Shown: positions 39,871 to 50,439 of the stretch, piece after piece
Position numbering within the stretch: the first letter of the stretch is position 1
Layout of the letters: every line of letters begins with the position of its first letter
Source: Alphaproteobacteria bacterium
Lineage (GTDB): Bacteria; Pseudomonadota; Alphaproteobacteria; MPNO01
DNA: 64,000 nucleotides
Direction of reading: 5' to 3'
NCBI GenBank assembly: GCA_965248835.1
Contig: CBDFLJ010000001.1
Coordinates: 352,001 to 416,000 of the forward strand
Translations under genes and position numbers: made by a program
Notes under the pieces: generated by a model
What the model was told of the DNA's origin: nothing
The model's database searches: none
What the model saw: only the letters and a program-made list of their open reading frames with translations

Positions 39871-40241
39871 CGCGATTCCCCTGTCCTGATTGTCGATGTC
39901 CCAACGGCCAGGCCATCCGAGCTTCGACAGGCTCTTTTGTTTGGCCGCAGGTCCTTCTCGGACGCGTTACAGGCGAAATTCTATGCCCGTGCCGAAGCCG
40001 AGTCTATCTGGGCCGGAGGTTCGGGGATGCACACCGCGATGGGCCGTCACCGCCCTGTCTCGCCGGGTATCCATTGCCCGATCGCCGCGTTTAGAATGTG
40101 GCGACGGAGGCAGCGCCACAGTCCGGCAGCGGGATCTGAGCGGATCTCGTTCAACCGGGTGACCGTGTCCCGAATCTACGGCCGGCACCGCCTGGGGCTA
40201 GCGCCGCAGGGCCATTCCTGAGCAGCGGGGAGACCGTTTCC

Positions 40242-41231
40242 ATGCCCAACAAGCTTCGCCTTACGCTCGCCACCGGCGATTACGAAAGCATCCGCGCGCT
40301 CAAGGAAGGCGCAGTCGTAGTCGATGGGGTAGAGCTCAACGTTCTCACCGACATGGACTCCTCGACCCGCCACTGGCGGATGCTCCGCAACCGCGACTTC
40401 GATGTCTGCGAGCTGTCGCTGTCCTCCTACCTGGCCGCCAAGGACCAGGGCTACGACCTGGAGGCGATCCCGGTCTTTCTCCACCGCCGCTTCCGGCACG
40501 GCTTCATCTTCATCAACAAGGCCGCCGGCATCACCGGGCCCAAGGACCTCCTCGGCAAGCGGATCGGCATAAAGACCTTCCAGACCACGGCGATCCTGTG
40601 GATGCGCGGCATGCTGGAGCAAGAGTACGGCGTGCCGCACACCTCGGTGGGATGGATCTCCGAACTCGACGAGGACGTCGCCTTCACGCCCAAGCCGGGG
40701 CTCCGGTTCGAGCGCGCGCCGGCCGGAAAGACGGTCGAGGGCATGCTGGCCGAGGGCGAGGTCGAGGCCTGCATGCACGCCGACCTGATCGACCCGATTA
40801 TCGAGGGCGATCCGCGGGTCGGCCGGCTGTTCGAGAACTACGCCGAGGTCGAGCGGGAATACTACAGGAAGACCCGTATCTTCCCGATCATGCACGTGAC
40901 CGCGATCAGGGCCGAACTGGTCGCATCGCACCCCTGGCTTGCCCAGAACCTGATCGACGCCTTCGAGGCCTCCAAGGCCGCCTCATACCGCCGGCTTGCC
41001 AACCCCCGCGTGGTGCCGCTGGCCTGGTACCGCAGCTACTGGGACGAGGAGACCGAATTCTTCGGCGGCGACCCGTGGGCGTACGGCCTGGGCAACGACA
41101 ACCGGCACAATCTGGAGACCGCGATCGGCTATTCGCACGACTGCGGCCTGATCGGCAGGCGCCTGTCGGTCGATGACATCTTCCTCCAGCCCGAGGTCGA
41201 TGCCGGCCGCGTCAGACGCAAGCGGTTGTAG
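40242..41231 (+). CDS. 4,5-dihydroxyphthalate decarboxylase-like (PBP2-fold) protein
   Basis: LTLA.GDY, FDV.ELS.SSY, AIPVF..R.FRH, W.RG.L...YG, FPIMH, DPW.YG; no signal peptide. Confidence 0.8.
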   Translation: MPNKLRLTLATGDYESIRALKEGAVVVDGVELNVLTDMDSSTRHWRMLRNRDFDVCELSLSSYLAAKDQGYDLEAIPVFLHRRFRHGFIFINKAAGITGPKDLLGKRIGIKTFQTTAILWMRGMLEQEYGVPHTSVGWISELDEDVAFTPKPGLRFERAPAGKTVEGMLAEGEVEACMHADLIDPIIEGDPRVGRLFENYAEVEREYYRKTRIFPIMHVTAIRAELVASHPWLAQNLIDAFEASKAASYRRLANPRVVPLAWYRSYWDEETEFFGGDPWAYGLGNDNRHNLETAIGYSHDCGLIGRRLSVDDIFLQPEVDAGRVRRKRL

Positions 41232-41244
41232 GCAATCGTCGGGG

Positions 41245-41859
41245 TCAGCGCGAGTAGTACTCGATGACCAGGTTCGGCTCCATCTGGACCGGGTAGGGGA
41301 TCTCGGCGAACTGCGGCACGCGCAGGAATGTCGCCCTCATCTTGTTGTAGTCGACCTCGAGATAATCCGGCACGTCGCGCTCCGGCGAGTCCATCGCCTC
41401 CAGCACAAGCCCCAGCTCGCGGGACTGCTCGCGGATCTCGATCACGTCCTCGACCCCGACCCGGTAGGACGGGATCGTCACCCGGCGGCCATTGACCAGG
41501 ATGTGGCCGTGGTTGATGAACTGGCGCGCGGCGAAGACGGTGGGCACGAACTTGAGCCGGTAGACCACCGCATCCAGGCGTTGCTCCAGGAGCCCGACCA
41601 GGTTCTCGACCGTATCGCCGCGGCGGCGGACGGCCTCCTCGTAGGTGCGGCGGAACTGCTTTTCGGTGATGTTGCCGTAATAACCCCGCAGCTTCTGCTT
41701 GGCGGCGAGCTGGGTGCCGAAGTCGGAGGTCTTGCGCCGTCGCTGGCCGTGCTGGCCCGGCGGGTATTCACGCTTGTTGACCGAACTCTTTGGCCGGCCC
41801 CACAGGTTCACGCCGAGCCGGCGGTTGATCTTGTACTTCGAGCGCACGCGCTTGGTCAT
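41245..41859 (-). CDS. rpsD: 30S ribosomal protein S4
   Basis: [44 protein letters not shown]. Confidence 0.98.
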   Translation of the reverse strand: MTKRVRSKYKINRRLGVNLWGRPKSSVNKREYPPGQHGQRRRKTSDFGTQLAAKQKLRGYYGNITEKQFRRTYEEAVRRRGDTVENLVGLLEQRLDAVVYRLKFVPTVFAARQFINHGHILVNGRRVTIPSYRVGVEDVIEIREQSRELGLVLEAMDSPERDVPDYLEVDYNKMRATFLRVPQFAEIPYPVQMEPNLVIEYYSR

Positions 41860-41965
41860 TGCCAGGTCCTTGCGTCCTGTTTCTGGGTGTTTTTGTCCCG
41901 ATAGGCCGTCCCGGACGTGCCGGGACGACGGGGCATTCGGCCCGCGTTCTCGGAAATGCGCGCGG

Positions 41966-41993
41966 AGTATAGGGATCGGCTGCGCGGAGTCAA
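41966..41993 (-). promoter_or_regulatory. Near-consensus sigma70 promoter of rpsD
   Basis: Minus strand TTGACT-N16-TATACT; the -35 element overlaps the trmJ stop codon. Confidence 0.7.
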
Positions 41994-42784
41994 ACATCGC
42001 GCTTTCGCTGCGCGCGCCGCCCGGTGAGTCCGACGATGATCCCGCGCAGTGTGCGAACCTCCTGGTCGGTCAGCTCGGCGCGGGTGAAGATGTTGCGGAT
42101 GTTGCGCACCATGCGCGGGCGCTTGGCCGGCGGGTAGAGGAAACCGCAGGCATCGAGCTCGGTTTCCAGATGGTCGAACAGGTCCTGGATCTCCGCCTGG
42201 CTCGCGGCCCGGGCGCCCTTGCGCATCAGCCGCCCTTCGGCCGGCGGAACGGCCGCGCCGGCCTGGTGCCACTCATAGGCCACCAGCAGCACCGCCTGGG
42301 CGAGGTTGATCGAAGCGTAGGCCGGGTTCGCCGGCACGATCACCAACGCCTCGGCAAGAGCGGCGTCCTCGTTGTCGAGCCCGCTCTTTTCGCGCCCGAA
42401 AAGGAGCGCCGTGCGCTCGCCGCGGATCCGATATTCGCGCATTCGCGCCGCGGCCTCGTTGGGGTTCAGGACCGGCTTGACCATGTCGCGCACCCGGGCG
42501 GTGGTGGCGAGCACGTGCGAGACATCGCCAAGTGCCGCTGCGGTGGTCTCGAACAGGCGCGCATCGGCGAGCACCGCATCGGCACCCGAAGCAGTGTTGA
42601 TCGCCTTCTGGTTGGGCCAATCCCCGCGTGGAGCGACCAGGCGCATTTCGGTCAATCCGAAATTGAGCATCGCGCGCGCCGCCGCACCCACATTCTCGCC
42701 GAGCTGCGGCTTGACCAGGACGACGATCGGACTATTCGGATCGGCCGCCGCGACCGCCCTCCGGCTGCGGTCGGTCCCAGCCAT
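41990..42784 (-). CDS. trmJ: tRNA 2'-O-methyltransferase, TrmJ/LasT family (SPOUT)
   Basis: [41 protein letters not shown]...LRG. Confidence 0.88.
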   Translation of the reverse strand: MAGTDRSRRAVAAADPNSPIVVLVKPQLGENVGAAARAMLNFGLTEMRLVAPRGDWPNQKAINTASGADAVLADARLFETTAAALGDVSHVLATTARVRDMVKPVLNPNEAAARMREYRIRGERTALLFGREKSGLDNEDAALAEALVIVPANPAYASINLAQAVLLVAYEWHQAGAAVPPAEGRLMRKGARAASQAEIQDLFDHLETELDACGFLYPPAKRPRMVRNIRNIFTRAELTDQEVRTLRGIIVGLTGRRAQRKRDV

Positions 42785-42835
42785 CAAGCCCTTTCCCCGT
42801 GCGGTGGCGCTGGTCGGGCTGAACACCGCAACGGT

Positions 42836-44431
42836 CTATGCCGCCGAAGCGCCGTCGCGGAGCAGCTTGTAGGTGATCGAGTCGTTGAGCGCGTTGTAGG
42901 AGGCATCGATCACGTTGGTCGAAACCCCGATCGATGACCAGCTTTGCTCGATCGGGTCGGCGCTTTCGATCATCACCCGGGTGACCGCTTCGGTGCCCGC
43001 CTCTGGCGTCAGAATCCGGACCTTGTAGTCGACTAGGCGCATGTCCGCGAGCCCGGGATAGATCGGGATCAGCACCTTTCGCAGCGCGTTGTCGAGCGCA
43101 TTCACCGGGCCGTTGCCTTCGGCGACCGCCATATGGCGGTCGTTGCCCATGTCGACCTTGACGGTGGCCTCGGACAGCGTGATCAGCTCGCCCCGGGCGT
43201 TCCAGCGGCGCTCGTCGAACACCCGGAAGCCGTGGAGCTGGAAGTATTCCGGCACCTGGCCGAGCACCCGACGGGCCAGAAGCTCGAAGCTTGCGCCTGC
43301 GCCGTCGTAGGCATAGCCCTCGAACTCGCGGCGCTTGACCTCCTCCAGGAGCCGCGGGACCTTGGCGTTGCCGGGATCGATCTCAAGCCCGATCTCGCGG
43401 AACCGGGCCAGGATGTTCGACCGGCCGGCCTGGTCGGAGACCACGATATGGCGCTGGTTGCCGACCAGGGCGGGATCGACGTGCTCGTAGGTTCTGGGGT
43501 CCTTTTCGACCGCGGAGACGTGCAGCCCGCCCTTGTGGGCGAACGCGGATTCGCCGACATAGGCGGCGTTCCTGGCCGGCGCCCGGTCGAGCCGCTCATC
43601 CAGCAGGCGGGAGACCGCGGTCAGACGGGAGAGCCCGTCGGCATCCAGCCCGGTCTCGAAGCCCATCTTCAGCATCAGGGACGGGATGATCGCCACCAGG
43701 TTGGCGTTGCCGCAGCGTTCGCCCAGGCCGTTGAGCGTCCCCTGGATCTGGCGCGCGCCGGCCCGGACGGCGGCCAGGCTGTTGGCGACCGCGTTCTCGG
43801 TGTCGTTGTGGCAGTGAATGCCGAGACGGTTGCCGGGAACCATTTCGGCCACCTGGCCGACGATCCGCTCGATCTCGTCGGGCAGCGTGCCGCCGTTGGT
43901 GTCGCACAACACGATCCAGCGGGCGTCGGACTCATGGGCGGCTTTGACACAGGCCAGCGCGAATTCGGGATCGGCCTTGTAGCCGTCGAAGAAATGCTCG
44001 GCATCGAACATCACCTCGTCCTTGTGGCGGCCGAGGTGGGCGACGCTGTCGGCGATCATCGCGATGTTCTCGTCCTTGGAGATGCCGAGCGCGACGTCGA
44101 CGTGGAAGTCCCAGGTCTTGCCGACGATGCAGGCGACCGGCGCCCTGGCGTCGGTCAGCCCCGCCAGCCCGGGGTCGTTTTCGGCGCTGCGCCCGGGGCG
44201 CCGGGTCATCCCGAAAGCGGTCAGCCGCGCCCGCGCGAGGGCCGGCGGGCCGGCGAAGAACGCATCATCGGTCGGGTTCGCTCCAGGCCAGCCGCCCTCG
44301 ATATAGTCGATCCCCAGCCGGTCGAGGGCCCGCGCGATCGCCACCTTGTCGGCGACTCCGAAATCCACCCCTTGGGTCTGCGCTCCATCGCGCAGCGTGG
44401 AATCGAACAGGTAAACGCGGTTGTCCGACAT
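42836..44431 (-). CDS. cimA: Citramalate synthase
   Basis: DSTLRDGAQ, EGGWPGANP.D, FDAEHFFDG, LCDTNGG, H.HND, AFAHKGGLH, GPVNALD.ALRK. Confidence 0.93.
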   Translation of the reverse strand: MSDNRVYLFDSTLRDGAQTQGVDFGVADKVAIARALDRLGIDYIEGGWPGANPTDDAFFAGPPALARARLTAFGMTRRPGRSAENDPGLAGLTDARAPVACIVGKTWDFHVDVALGISKDENIAMIADSVAHLGRHKDEVMFDAEHFFDGYKADPEFALACVKAAHESDARWIVLCDTNGGTLPDEIERIVGQVAEMVPGNRLGIHCHNDTENAVANSLAAVRAGARQIQGTLNGLGERCGNANLVAIIPSLMLKMGFETGLDADGLSRLTAVSRLLDERLDRAPARNAAYVGESAFAHKGGLHVSAVEKDPRTYEHVDPALVGNQRHIVVSDQAGRSNILARFREIGLEIDPGNAKVPRLLEEVKRREFEGYAYDGAGASFELLARRVLGQVPEYFQLHGFRVFDERRWNARGELITLSEATVKVDMGNDRHMAVAEGNGPVNALDNALRKVLIPIYPGLADMRLVDYKVRILTPEAGTEAVTRVMIESADPIEQSWSSIGVSTNVIDASYNALNDSITYKLLRDGASAA

Positions 44432-45816
44432 TATTGGCGCCTCCAGTCGGTCGTTCCGTCCGGACGGTCGAGGACGACGACGTTGTGCTTTTCGACGAGC
44501 TCCTCGCGCAGCCGGTCCGCTTCGGCGAAATCGCGGGCGGCGCGAGCGGCCGCGCGGGCGGCGACCAGGAGGTCGATCTCCGAGGACGCGCCGTGCTTGA
44601 GCCAGGCTTCGGGATCCTGATCCAGCAAGCCGAGCAGAGTGCCGGAGAAGGCGAGCGCGGCCTTGAGCCTCGCGCGCTCCTCGGCCGAGGCGGCCTTGTT
44701 GAGCGCCGAGGCGATCTCGTGCATTCCCGCAATTGCGCGCGGCGTGTTGAGGTCGTCCTCGAGCGCGGCGACCACCGGAGCGGCGCGCTCCGGCACGGCC
44801 CGGTCCTCAGGCGGGCCCTGGATGTCGCCGGCGTCGGCCAACGCGCCGTAGAGCCGGTCGAGAGCCGCTCTGGCGCGCGCGATGCCGTCGAGGGAATAGT
44901 CGAGCGGCTGGCGGTAGTGGGCGGCAAGCAGGCCGAGCCGGATCGCCTCGCCGGGGGCGCGGTCCAGGAGGTCGTGTACGGTGAGAAAGTTGCCGAGCGA
45001 CTTCGACATCTTCTCGCCGTCCACCGTCACGTAGCCGTTGTGCATCCAGTGGCGCACGAAGGTCTTGCCGTGGTGGGCGCAGGTCGACTGGGCAATCTCG
45101 TTCTCGTGATGGGGAAAGATCAGGTCCTGGCCGCCGCCGTGGATGTCGAAGGTCTCGCCCAGGTGTTTCCCGGACATGGCCGAGCACTCCAGGTGCCAGC
45201 CGGGCCTACCGCGGCCCCACGGGCTGTCCCAGCCGGGTTGGGCGGCATCGGCGGGCTTCCACAGGATGAAGTCGGCGGGGTCCTTCTTGTAGGGTGCGAC
45301 TTCGACCCGGGCGCCGGCAATCAGCTCGTCCCGGCTGTGGCGGGACAGCGCGCCGTACGCCGCCATCGTCGCGACCGAGAACAACACATGGCCGTCGGCA
45401 GTGTAGGCATGGCCCGAGGCGATGAGCGTTTCGATCATGGCGATCATCTCGGCGATGTGATCGGTCGCCTTGGGCTCGATGTCGGGAGGCAGGGCGCCGA
45501 GCGCCGCCATGTCCCGGCGGAAGGTCTCGGCGAAACGCGTCGTAATCGCCTCGATCGGCTCGCCGGTCTGCTGTGCGGCGGCGATGATCTTGTCGTCGAT
45601 GTCGGTGATGTTGCGGACATAGGTGACATGCGCCGCCCCATAGAGATGGCGCAGCAGGCGGTAGAGCACATCGAAGACCACGACCGGGCGCGCGTTGCCG
45701 ATATGGGCGAAGTCGTAGACCGTCGGCCCGCAGACATAGACCCGGACGTTCCCGGGATCGAGCGGCGTGAAGGGTTGCTTTGCGCGGCTGAGCGTATCGT
45801 AGAGGCTCAAGGCCAT
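44431..45816 (-). CDS. cysS: Cysteine--tRNA ligase
   Basis: YVCGPTVY, HIGN, NITDIDDKI, GRPGWHLECSAM, DIHGGG.DL.FPHHENE, KMSKS. Confidence 0.98.
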   Translation of the reverse strand: MALSLYDTLSRAKQPFTPLDPGNVRVYVCGPTVYDFAHIGNARPVVVFDVLYRLLRHLYGAAHVTYVRNITDIDDKIIAAAQQTGEPIEAITTRFAETFRRDMAALGALPPDIEPKATDHIAEMIAMIETLIASGHAYTADGHVLFSVATMAAYGALSRHSRDELIAGARVEVAPYKKDPADFILWKPADAAQPGWDSPWGRGRPGWHLECSAMSGKHLGETFDIHGGGQDLIFPHHENEIAQSTCAHHGKTFVRHWMHNGYVTVDGEKMSKSLGNFLTVHDLLDRAPGEAIRLGLLAAHYRQPLDYSLDGIARARAALDRLYGALADAGDIQGPPEDRAVPERAAPVVAALEDDLNTPRAIAGMHEIASALNKAASAEERARLKAALAFSGTLLGLLDQDPEAWLKHGASSEIDLLVAARAAARAARDFAEADRLREELVEKHNVVVLDRPDGTTDWRRQ

Positions 45817-45818
45817 GC

Positions 45819-47484
45819 TCAGGCCCTGCCCTTGAAGGCGTTCACGATCGGGTAGCGCCGGTCGCGGCCGAAGGACCGGCGGGTGATCTTCACGCCGGGC
45901 GGTGCCTGGCGGCGCTTGTACTCCGCGCCCAGCAGCATGCGCCAGACCCGCAGCACCAGCGGGCGCTCGAACCCGGTGTGCTCCATCGTCGCGTCGACGC
46001 CCATGTCACGCTCGATCAGGCAGTCGAGGATGGCATCGAGCACGTCATAGGGCGGCAGCGTGTCGTCGTCGCGTTGATCCGCCTTGAGCTCGGCCGAGGG
46101 CGGCTTGGTGATCACCGTCTCGGGGATGACGGCGCCGGCCGGGCCGAGGGCGCCTTGGGGGCGGTTCTCGTTGCGCCAGCGGCAGAGCGCGAAGACCATG
46201 GTCTTGTAGACGTCCTTGAGCACCGAATAGCCGCCGCACATGTCACCGTAGAGAGTCGCATAGCCGACCGACATCTCGGATTTGTTGCCGGTCGAGACCA
46301 CCATCGCGCCGGTCTTGTTGGACAGCGCCATCAGCGCCAGCCCGCGGGCGCGTGCCTGAATGTTCTCCTCGGTGGTGTCCGGCGGCAGGTTGCCGAAGAC
46401 CGGCCGCAGCATGGACTCGAAGGCCTCCATCGCCGGGCCGATCGAGATGGTGTCGAGCGCGACGCCGAGTGCGGCGGCGGTGGCGGCCGCGTCCCGCAGG
46501 CTCTCGGCCGAGGTATAGGGCGACGGCATCATCACGCAGCGCACCCGGTCCGGGACCCAGCGCATCGGCCGCGACCGCAGCGGTCAGCGCCGAGTCGATG
46601 CCGCCGGAAAGCCCGATGATCACGCCGGGAAAGCCGTTCTTGACGACGTAGTCCCGCAGGCCGAGCGTCATCGCCTCGTAGACCGAGGCAAGCCCCGTCT
46701 CGGGCGCATGGCGCGCGGCGGTCTCGCAGTTCCAGGCGCCGTTCTCGCGGGCCCAGCGCGTGGGCAGCAGCGCCTCGCGCCAGCTCGGCGCCTGGGCGCG
46801 GAGCGCGGCATCGCCGCCGAGCACGAACGAGCCGCCGTCGAAGACCAGCTCGTCCTGTCCGCCGATCTGGTTGACGTAAATCATCGGCAAGCGCGATTCG
46901 ATCACCCGCGAGACCGCGAGGTTGAGCCGCTGGTCGGTCTTGTCCACCTCGTAAGGCGAGCCGTTGATCACCACCAGGATCTCCGCGCCCGACTCTTCGA
47001 GGCATTCGACGACCTCTTCGGTCCACATATCTTCGCACACCATCACGCCCAGGCGGACCCCGCGGAAGTTGATCGGTCCGGGCAGAGGGCCGGCGGCGAA
47101 GACGCGCTTTTCGTCGAACACGCCGTAATTTGGCAGGTCGTGCTTGCGCCTTATGTCGGCGATCCTGCCGTCATCGAGCAGGACGGCGGCGTTGTAGACC
47201 GCACCGTTCTCTTCCCACGGCGTTCCGACCAGCATGCCCGGCCCGCCCGCGAGGGTCTCGGCGGCCAGCGCCCGGAGCTCGCGCAGGACCGTCTCCTGGA
47301 AGGACGGGCGGACCACCAGATCTTCGGGCGGATACCCCGACAGCGCCAGCTCGGTGGTCACCACCAGGTCGGCGCCCATGTCGGCCGCCTCGCTCCGCGC
47401 GGCGCTCAGCCGCCGGGCATTGCCCACCACGTCGCCCACCGTCGGATTGAGCTGGGCAAGGACGATTGTCAGCCCGTCGGTCAT
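45819..47484 (-). CDS. nadE: Glutamine-dependent NAD+ synthetase, split by an apparent +1 frameshift near 46552
   Basis: Nitrilase domain with E-K-C triad and GLSGGIDSA in ORF 46243..47484; ENIQAR.RG, STGNKSE, YATLYGD, PSAEL, EYKRRQ in ORF 45819..46565. Removing one base restores DALGPDRVRCVMMPS. Confidence 0.93.
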
Positions 47485-47508
47485 CGTCGAACGGCGTTTC
47501 CGGCGTCG

Positions 47509-48897
47509 CTATTCCGCGGCAACGGTGTGGCGGGCGGTGCCATCGGCCCGGTCGCGTTCGGCTTTCAGCGCCTCGGCCACCAGGAAGGCGAGCTCGAGCG
47601 ACTGGCTGGCATTGAGCCGCGGGTCGCAATGGGTGTGATAGCGGTCGCCGAGATTGGCCTCGGTGACGGCCTGGGTGCCGCCGATGCACTCGGTGACGTT
47701 CTGCCCGGTGAGCTCGACATGGATGCCGCCGGCATGCGTCCCCTCGGCGCGGTGGACGGCGAAGAAATCGCGCACCTCCGACAGCACGGATTCGAAAAGC
47801 CGGGTCTTGAAGCCGTTCCCGGCCTTGACGGTGTTGCCGTGCATCGGATCGCAGGCCCAGACCACCCTGCGCCCTTCGCGCGCGACCGCGCGGACCAACG
47901 CGGGGAGCTTGTCGGCGACCCGGTCGGCGCCCATCCGGGCATACAGCGTCAGCCGGCCGGGCAGGTTCGCCGGGTCCAGCCGGTCGATCAGCCGCAGCAG
48001 GTCATCGGCCTGGAGCGTCGGGCCGGCCTTGAGGCCCAGGGGGTTGGCCACCCCGCGCAGGAACTCGACATGGGCCTCGTCGATCTGGCGCGTCCGGTCG
48101 CCGATCCACAGCAGATGGGCCGAGGTGTCGTACCAATCCCCGGTCGTCGAATCGACCCGGGTCATCGCCTCCTCGTAGCCGAGCAGCAGCGCCTCGTGCG
48201 AGGTGTAGAAATCGGTCTCACGGATCTGCGCGACCGTGTCCGAGGTCAGCCCGCAGGCCGCCATGAAGCGCAGCGTCTCATCGAGCCGGTTGGCGAGGTC
48301 CGCATAGCGGTCGGCCATCCCGTTGGCAACGAAATCGAGGTTCCAGCGGTGGATCTCGTGGAGGTCCGCATAGCCGCCCTGAGCGAAGGCGCGCAGCAGG
48401 TTGAGCGTCGCCGCAGACTGGTTGTAGGCCTGGATCATGCGATCGGGATCGGGCACGCGGGCGGCGGCGGTGAACGGCATGTCGTTGATCATGTCGCCGC
48501 GGTAGCTCGGCAGCTCCACCTCGTCGACGGTTTCGGTATCGGACGAGCGCGGCTTGGCGAACTGGCCGGCGAGGCGGCCGATCTTGACCACCGGGACACC
48601 GCCGCCGAACACCAGCACGACGGCCATCTGCAGCAGCACTCGGAAGGTGTCGCGGATGTTGTCGGGGTGAAACTCCGCGAAGCTCTCGGCGCAGTCGCCG
48701 CCCTGCAGCAGGAAGGCCCTGCCGTCTGCGACATCGGCGAGTTGGCTTTGCAGCCGGCGCGCCTCGCCCGCGAAGACCAGCGGCGGATAGCCCCGAAGGC
48801 GGCCTTCGGCAGCCTCCAGCGCAGCCGGATCAGCGTATTCCGGCACCTGGCGGATCGGCTTGGAACGCCAGCCGTCGGGGGTCCACTCCCCGCTCAT
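47509..48897 (-). CDS. Class II DAHP synthase (plant-type)
   Basis: [60 protein letters not shown]. Confidence 0.96.
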   Translation of the reverse strand: MSGEWTPDGWRSKPIRQVPEYADPAALEAAEGRLRGYPPLVFAGEARRLQSQLADVADGRAFLLQGGDCAESFAEFHPDNIRDTFRVLLQMAVVLVFGGGVPVVKIGRLAGQFAKPRSSDTETVDEVELPSYRGDMINDMPFTAAARVPDPDRMIQAYNQSAATLNLLRAFAQGGYADLHEIHRWNLDFVANGMADRYADLANRLDETLRFMAACGLTSDTVAQIRETDFYTSHEALLLGYEEAMTRVDSTTGDWYDTSAHLLWIGDRTRQIDEAHVEFLRGVANPLGLKAGPTLQADDLLRLIDRLDPANLPGRLTLYARMGADRVADKLPALVRAVAREGRRVVWACDPMHGNTVKAGNGFKTRLFESVLSEVRDFFAVHRAEGTHAGGIHVELTGQNVTECIGGTQAVTEANLGDRYHTHCDPRLNASQSLELAFLVAEALKAERDRADGTARHTVAAE

Positions 48898-49020
48898 CAC
48901 ACCTGTCTCCCTGCAAAACCCCGTACGAGCGGTCGAGCGCGCCGCCCTATACGCGATTACCGGCGATTGTGCCAGCAATTCCTCGCCCGCTCAAACCGCG
49001 GACAGGCGATGCTCGGTCGC

Positions 49021-50397
49021 CTATTCGGCCGCCTGGGCGTCCGGCTCGGCGAGCGGCGTGCGCATGGTCACAAACTCCTCCGCCGAGGTCGGGTGGATGC
49101 CGACCGTGGCGTCGAACTGCGCCTTGGTCGCCCCGCATTTGAGCGCGATGCCGAGCCCCTGGACGATCTCCCCGGCGTCGGATCCTGCCATATGGCAGCC
49201 GAGGACCCGGTCCGTGGCGCGGTCGACGACGATCTTCATCATCGTACGGTCGGCCTTCAGCGTCATGGTATGCTTGAGCGGGCGGAACGTCTCGCGATAG
49301 ACGTCGATGGCGCCGTAGCGCGCCCGCGCGGCCTCTTCGGTAAGACCGACCGTGCCGATATTGGGGTTGGAGAAGACCGCCGTCGGGATGTCGGCATAGT
49401 CCATCGACAGGTCCTTGCCGTCGAACAGATTGGCGGACAGGACCATCGCTTCGCCGATGGCGACCGGGGTGAGTTGGATCCGGTCGGTGACGTCGCCTAT
49501 GGCGTAGACGTTGGCAACGCTGGTCCGGAAATATCCATCGACCATGACCGCGCCGTTGTCGCGCTGGGCGATACCGGCGGCCTCGATACCCATGTCGGCG
49601 ACGTTGGGCACCCGGCCGACGGCGAGCATCACCTGGTCGGCCTCCAGCGTCTCGCCGGTGTCGAGCCTGACCGAAAGCGCGCCGGCGGTCTTGTCGATGC
49701 GCTCGATCTCGGTGCGCCAGCGGATGTCCACGCCGTGGCGCGCCATCTCTTCGGCCAGATGGGTGCGCAAATCGATGTCGAAGCCGCGCATGAACAGCGG
49801 GCCGCGGTAGAGCTGGGTGACCTGCGCACCGTAGCCGTTGAAGATACCGGCGAACTCGACGGCGATATAGCCGCCGCCGACGATGATCACGCGGTCCGGC
49901 CGCTCGGGCAGGTAAAACGCGTCGTCGGAGACGATGGCGTGCTCGATCCCCGGAATGGACAGAAGCTGCGGCCGTCCGCCGGTCGCGATCAGGATATTTT
50001 CAGCCGTCACCGTCTCGCCGCCGACGTCAATCATGTGGGCGTCGCGCAAAACCGCGCGGGCCTCGATGATCCGCACCCGGTTGGTCTCCAGGATCCGCCG
50101 GTAGACGCCGTTGAGCCGCTCGATCTCCTTGTTCTTGTTGGCGATCAACCTCGGCCAATGCAGCTTCGGCGCACCGAGTGTCCAGCCGTAGGCGGCCGCA
50201 TCCTCGGCGTCCTCCGGGTAGTGCGCGCCATAGGCAAAGAGCTTTTTCGGAATACACCCGACATTGACACAAGTCCCCCCGAGGAAGCGCTCCTCGGCGA
50301 TTGCAACGCGCGCGCCATAGGACGCCGACATCCGGGCCGCCCTGACCCCGCCCGACCCCGCGCCGATGACAAACAGATCATAGTCGTAGGCGGCCAT
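49021..50397 (-). CDS. gor: Glutathione-disulfide reductase
   Basis: GAGSGG, GGTCVNVGCIPKK, GGGYIAVEFA, LTPVAI, HPTSAEEFVTMR. Confidence 0.96.
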   Translation of the reverse strand: MAAYDYDLFVIGAGSGGVRAARMSASYGARVAIAEERFLGGTCVNVGCIPKKLFAYGAHYPEDAEDAAAYGWTLGAPKLHWPRLIANKNKEIERLNGVYRRILETNRVRIIEARAVLRDAHMIDVGGETVTAENILIATGGRPQLLSIPGIEHAIVSDDAFYLPERPDRVIIVGGGYIAVEFAGIFNGYGAQVTQLYRGPLFMRGFDIDLRTHLAEEMARHGVDIRWRTEIERIDKTAGALSVRLDTGETLEADQVMLAVGRVPNVADMGIEAAGIAQRDNGAVMVDGYFRTSVANVYAIGDVTDRIQLTPVAIGEAMVLSANLFDGKDLSMDYADIPTAVFSNPNIGTVGLTEEAARARYGAIDVYRETFRPLKHTMTLKADRTMMKIVVDRATDRVLGCHMAGSDAGEIVQGLGIALKCGATKAQFDATVGIHPTSAEEFVTMRTPLAEPDAQAAE

Positions 50398-50439
50398 GCG
50401 CACCTCCCGCGGCCTAGGTGCGACGCGGCGGGCCGGTTG

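Noticed and set aside
40085-40105. Irr/ICE iron box (TTTAGAA)
   Set aside because: Only one half-site is present; the TTCTAAA partner is missing.
45819-47484. nadE as a true pseudogene or as a two-subunit enzyme
   Set aside because: The break falls inside the synthetase domain, all motifs are intact, and a single-base correction restores the gene.
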